Below are positions 18,113 through 20,000 of a stretch of DNA of 20,000 nucleotides, piece by piece; positions within the stretch are counted from its first letter, which is position 1; each line of letters starts with the position of its first letter. The position numbers and the translations under genes were made by a program. Under the pieces are notes generated by a model. That model was not told the DNA's origin. It did no database searches and saw only the letters and a program-made list of their open reading frames with translations. This DNA comes from Piedraia hortae CBS 480.64. Taxonomy: Eukaryota. The stretch is taken from the NCBI GenBank assembly GCA_010093745.1, contig MU006024.1, positions 51,462 to 71,461 on the forward strand, in the 5' to 3' direction.

Positions 18113-19792
18113 ATGCGCCTGTCTATGAAAGAGGGCGACGCGACAGACCACGGGCACGATGGGAATGGCGGGCCTGGTTGGCAGGGGAAGCCGGCACTGC
18201 AGGTGATTTGTCTCGGGGCATCGGGCGGGCCCAGCGAGGAGGGCGTGACGGGGTTTCTGGTGCGATCGGTGGAGAGCGCGTGGGCGCGTGGCTCTTTGCT
18301 GGCCGTCGACGCCGGTTCGCACCTGGGGCCCATAACACGCATCCTGGAACGCGATTTTCCGCTGGTTGCCGATGCGGCGCGGTCCGATACACGCCGTCTG
18401 GACTCTCTAAGCCCGGGACCGAGTTCCGCAGACGAGTCAAAGGGCCGGCCGGCACTGCCCGACGATCCCCGAGCCCGAGCCCGAGCTTTATCGGCCGTCC
18501 ATACGCGTGGTCCGTTTGCTGGTGCGAAGCTGCCAAATGCGTCGGCGCGAGCCAACGCGTTGCATATCCTGCGCTCTTACATCTCCACCTACCTGATCAC
18601 GCATCCGCACCTGGACCATGTCTCGGGATTTGCTATAAACACGGCCGCTTTCCATGCCACATCGCGACCAAAGACACTTGCTGCCCTGCCGAGCACCGTC
18701 GACGCCATCAAGCGGCACATCTTCAACGATGTCATCTGGCCTAACCTGTCAGACGAGGACGGCGGTGTCGGTTTTGTGACGTTTCAGCGTCTCAAGGAAG
18801 GCGGAGATGTGATGATGGGCGAGGGCGAGGGCCGCGGCTATCTAGATGTCGTCGACGGGCTCGGCGTAAGGGCGTTCAAGGTGTCCCATGGCGTGTGCAC
18901 CAAGAGTCCGCCCAGCCACCATCACCGCGGCAGCATCGGCGAAATGCAGCCGCTGAATGGCGATGGCCCAGCACCACCTCCAGGTCGCTCGTTCTCGAGC
19001 CCCGGAACGCCACGTGCTAGCATCTACGGCCAGCAGCAGTCACCACGAGTGAGCATGCAAGGCCCGCAGGCGTCTCCCGGCATGTCTGCGGTCGAAGGAT
19101 CGTGCGTAGTCGACAGCACCGCCTTCTTCCTGCGCGACACGGAGACGTCGCGGGAAATCTTAATGTTTGGCGATGTCGAGGCCGACTCACTGTCGCTGGC
19201 GCCTCGCAACCGCATCGTATGGCAGGAAGCAGCACGCAAAGTGATGCTCAACAGCCTCGGCGGTATCTTTATCGAATGCAGCTACGATGATTCACAAGCA
19301 GATGCAATCCTGTTTGGCCATCTTTGTCCGCGACACGTCGTGGCTGAGCTCCAAACCCTGGCTTCGTTTGTGACAGAGCTGCGTACGCCCGAACAAGGGG
19401 GTAACAAACGCAAACGATCTACGTACGAGTCTGTTGCCCAATACGCAGTCAACGACCACGGCACAAAGCGCAGTCGCAGTTGGGCGCGCGGGTCCAGGCT
19501 GCTTGCGGACTCGCGCAGGTATAGCGTGCCAGACCCGCGGTCGAACCCAGCTACGCCAGAGCCCGAGGACGCGCCGTCGCCGTTCTCCGGAGGCTCGCCT
19601 TCTACAGCCCTACGCGATCTTCCGCTGGCTGGCATAAGGGTATACATTATCCATATCAAAGACCCCATGAAAGACGGTCCGCCTGCGAGTGACCGCATCC
19701 TCGCACAATTACGAGACCACGAAGCCGCGCTCAACCAGCCGCTGGGCTGTGAGTTTGTCATTGCGCGGTCTGGAGAAAGTTATTGGTTTTGA
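18113..19792 (+). CDS. PDE1: Low-affinity class II cAMP phosphodiesterase (metallo-beta-lactamase fold), ~555-559 aa
   Basis: ALQVICLGASGGPSE..VTGFLVRS, LLAVDAGS, class II signature YLITHPHLDHVSG, HIFNDVIWPNLSDEDGG, VSHG, MFGDVEADS, IFIECSYDDS...LFGHLCP, IIHIKD. First in-frame ATG is 18113 (18125 is an alternative); the ORF-track start at 17846 is GTG. Confidence 0.95.
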   Translation: MRLSMKEGDATDHGHDGNGGPGWQGKPALQVICLGASGGPSEEGVTGFLVRSVESAWARGSLLAVDAGSHLGPITRILERDFPLVADAARSDTRRLDSLSPGPSSADESKGRPALPDDPRARARALSAVHTRGPFAGAKLPNASARANALHILRSYISTYLITHPHLDHVSGFAINTAAFHATSRPKTLAALPSTVDAIKRHIFNDVIWPNLSDEDGGVGFVTFQRLKEGGDVMMGEGEGRGYLDVVDGLGVRAFKVSHGVCTKSPPSHHHRGSIGEMQPLNGDGPAPPPGRSFSSPGTPRASIYGQQQSPRVSMQGPQASPGMSAVEGSCVVDSTAFFLRDTETSREILMFGDVEADSLSLAPRNRIVWQEAARKVMLNSLGGIFIECSYDDSQADAILFGHLCPRHVVAELQTLASFVTELRTPEQGGNKRKRSTYESVAQYAVNDHGTKRSRSWARGSRLLADSRRYSVPDPRSNPATPEPEDAPSPFSGGSPSTALRDLPLAGIRVYIIHIKDPMKDGPPASDRILAQLRDHEAALNQPLGCEFVIARSGESYWF

Positions 19793-19848
19793 CGAGTGAT
19801 GATTCAGTGTAATGTAGTTCCTGCGAGTGTCCTTTTGTGTCTTAATCA

Positions 19849-19901
19849 GATGCAGTTTCTATTTCCCACTGTGGATGCAGTTTGAGCATTTTGATGCAGT
19901 T
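19849..19901 (+). repeat. Three copies of GATGCAGTT downstream of PDE1
   Basis: Exact 9-mers at 19849, 19874 and 19893. Confidence 0.7.
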
Positions 19902-20000
19902 GGCAGGGGCCCCTGTCACGACCCTGTCGATCGACAAACTCGGTCCAGGGTTGGAACCTGTTGTGAATATGCGGTATATTACGCGCATTATTAGTAACCG

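Noticed and set aside
17737..18744. 335-aa alternative-frame ORF overlapping PDE1
   Set aside because: TTG start, Arg/Ala/Gly-rich, no motifs; a typical shadow ORF of GC-rich coding DNA.
3774..19792. CPS1 + ferric reductase as a siderophore/NRPS cluster
   Set aside because: CPS1/DIP2 has adenylation-like domains but no thiolation or condensation domains and is a conserved lipid-regulatory gene; no other siderophore genes are present.

Overview
Eukaryotic window from a filamentous ascomycete, probably a Dothideomycete (inferred from protein style, not verified). It has four intact conserved genes, all apparently intronless: CPS1/DIP2 (-), a ferric reductase (+), a shortened ZNF511-like C2H2 protein (-) whose stop lies 14 bp from the reductase stop, and a class II cAMP phosphodiesterase PDE1 (+). 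The intergenic DNA is mostly repeat and mobile-element debris. (i) 15.6-17.7 kb is a same-strand mosaic of two divergent telomere-linked-helicase (TLH)-like fragments, one with tyrosine-recombinase-like motifs joined to RecQ motifs, followed by a Helitron2/Helentron-type Rep fragment. (ii) Between CPS1 and the reductase is a ~0.67 kb element with 62-bp inverted repeats, next to an array of four 34-bp cores closed by an inverted core copy. (iii) 0.6-2.1 kb holds several decayed tandem duplications. No rRNA, tRNA or true CRISPR array was seen.
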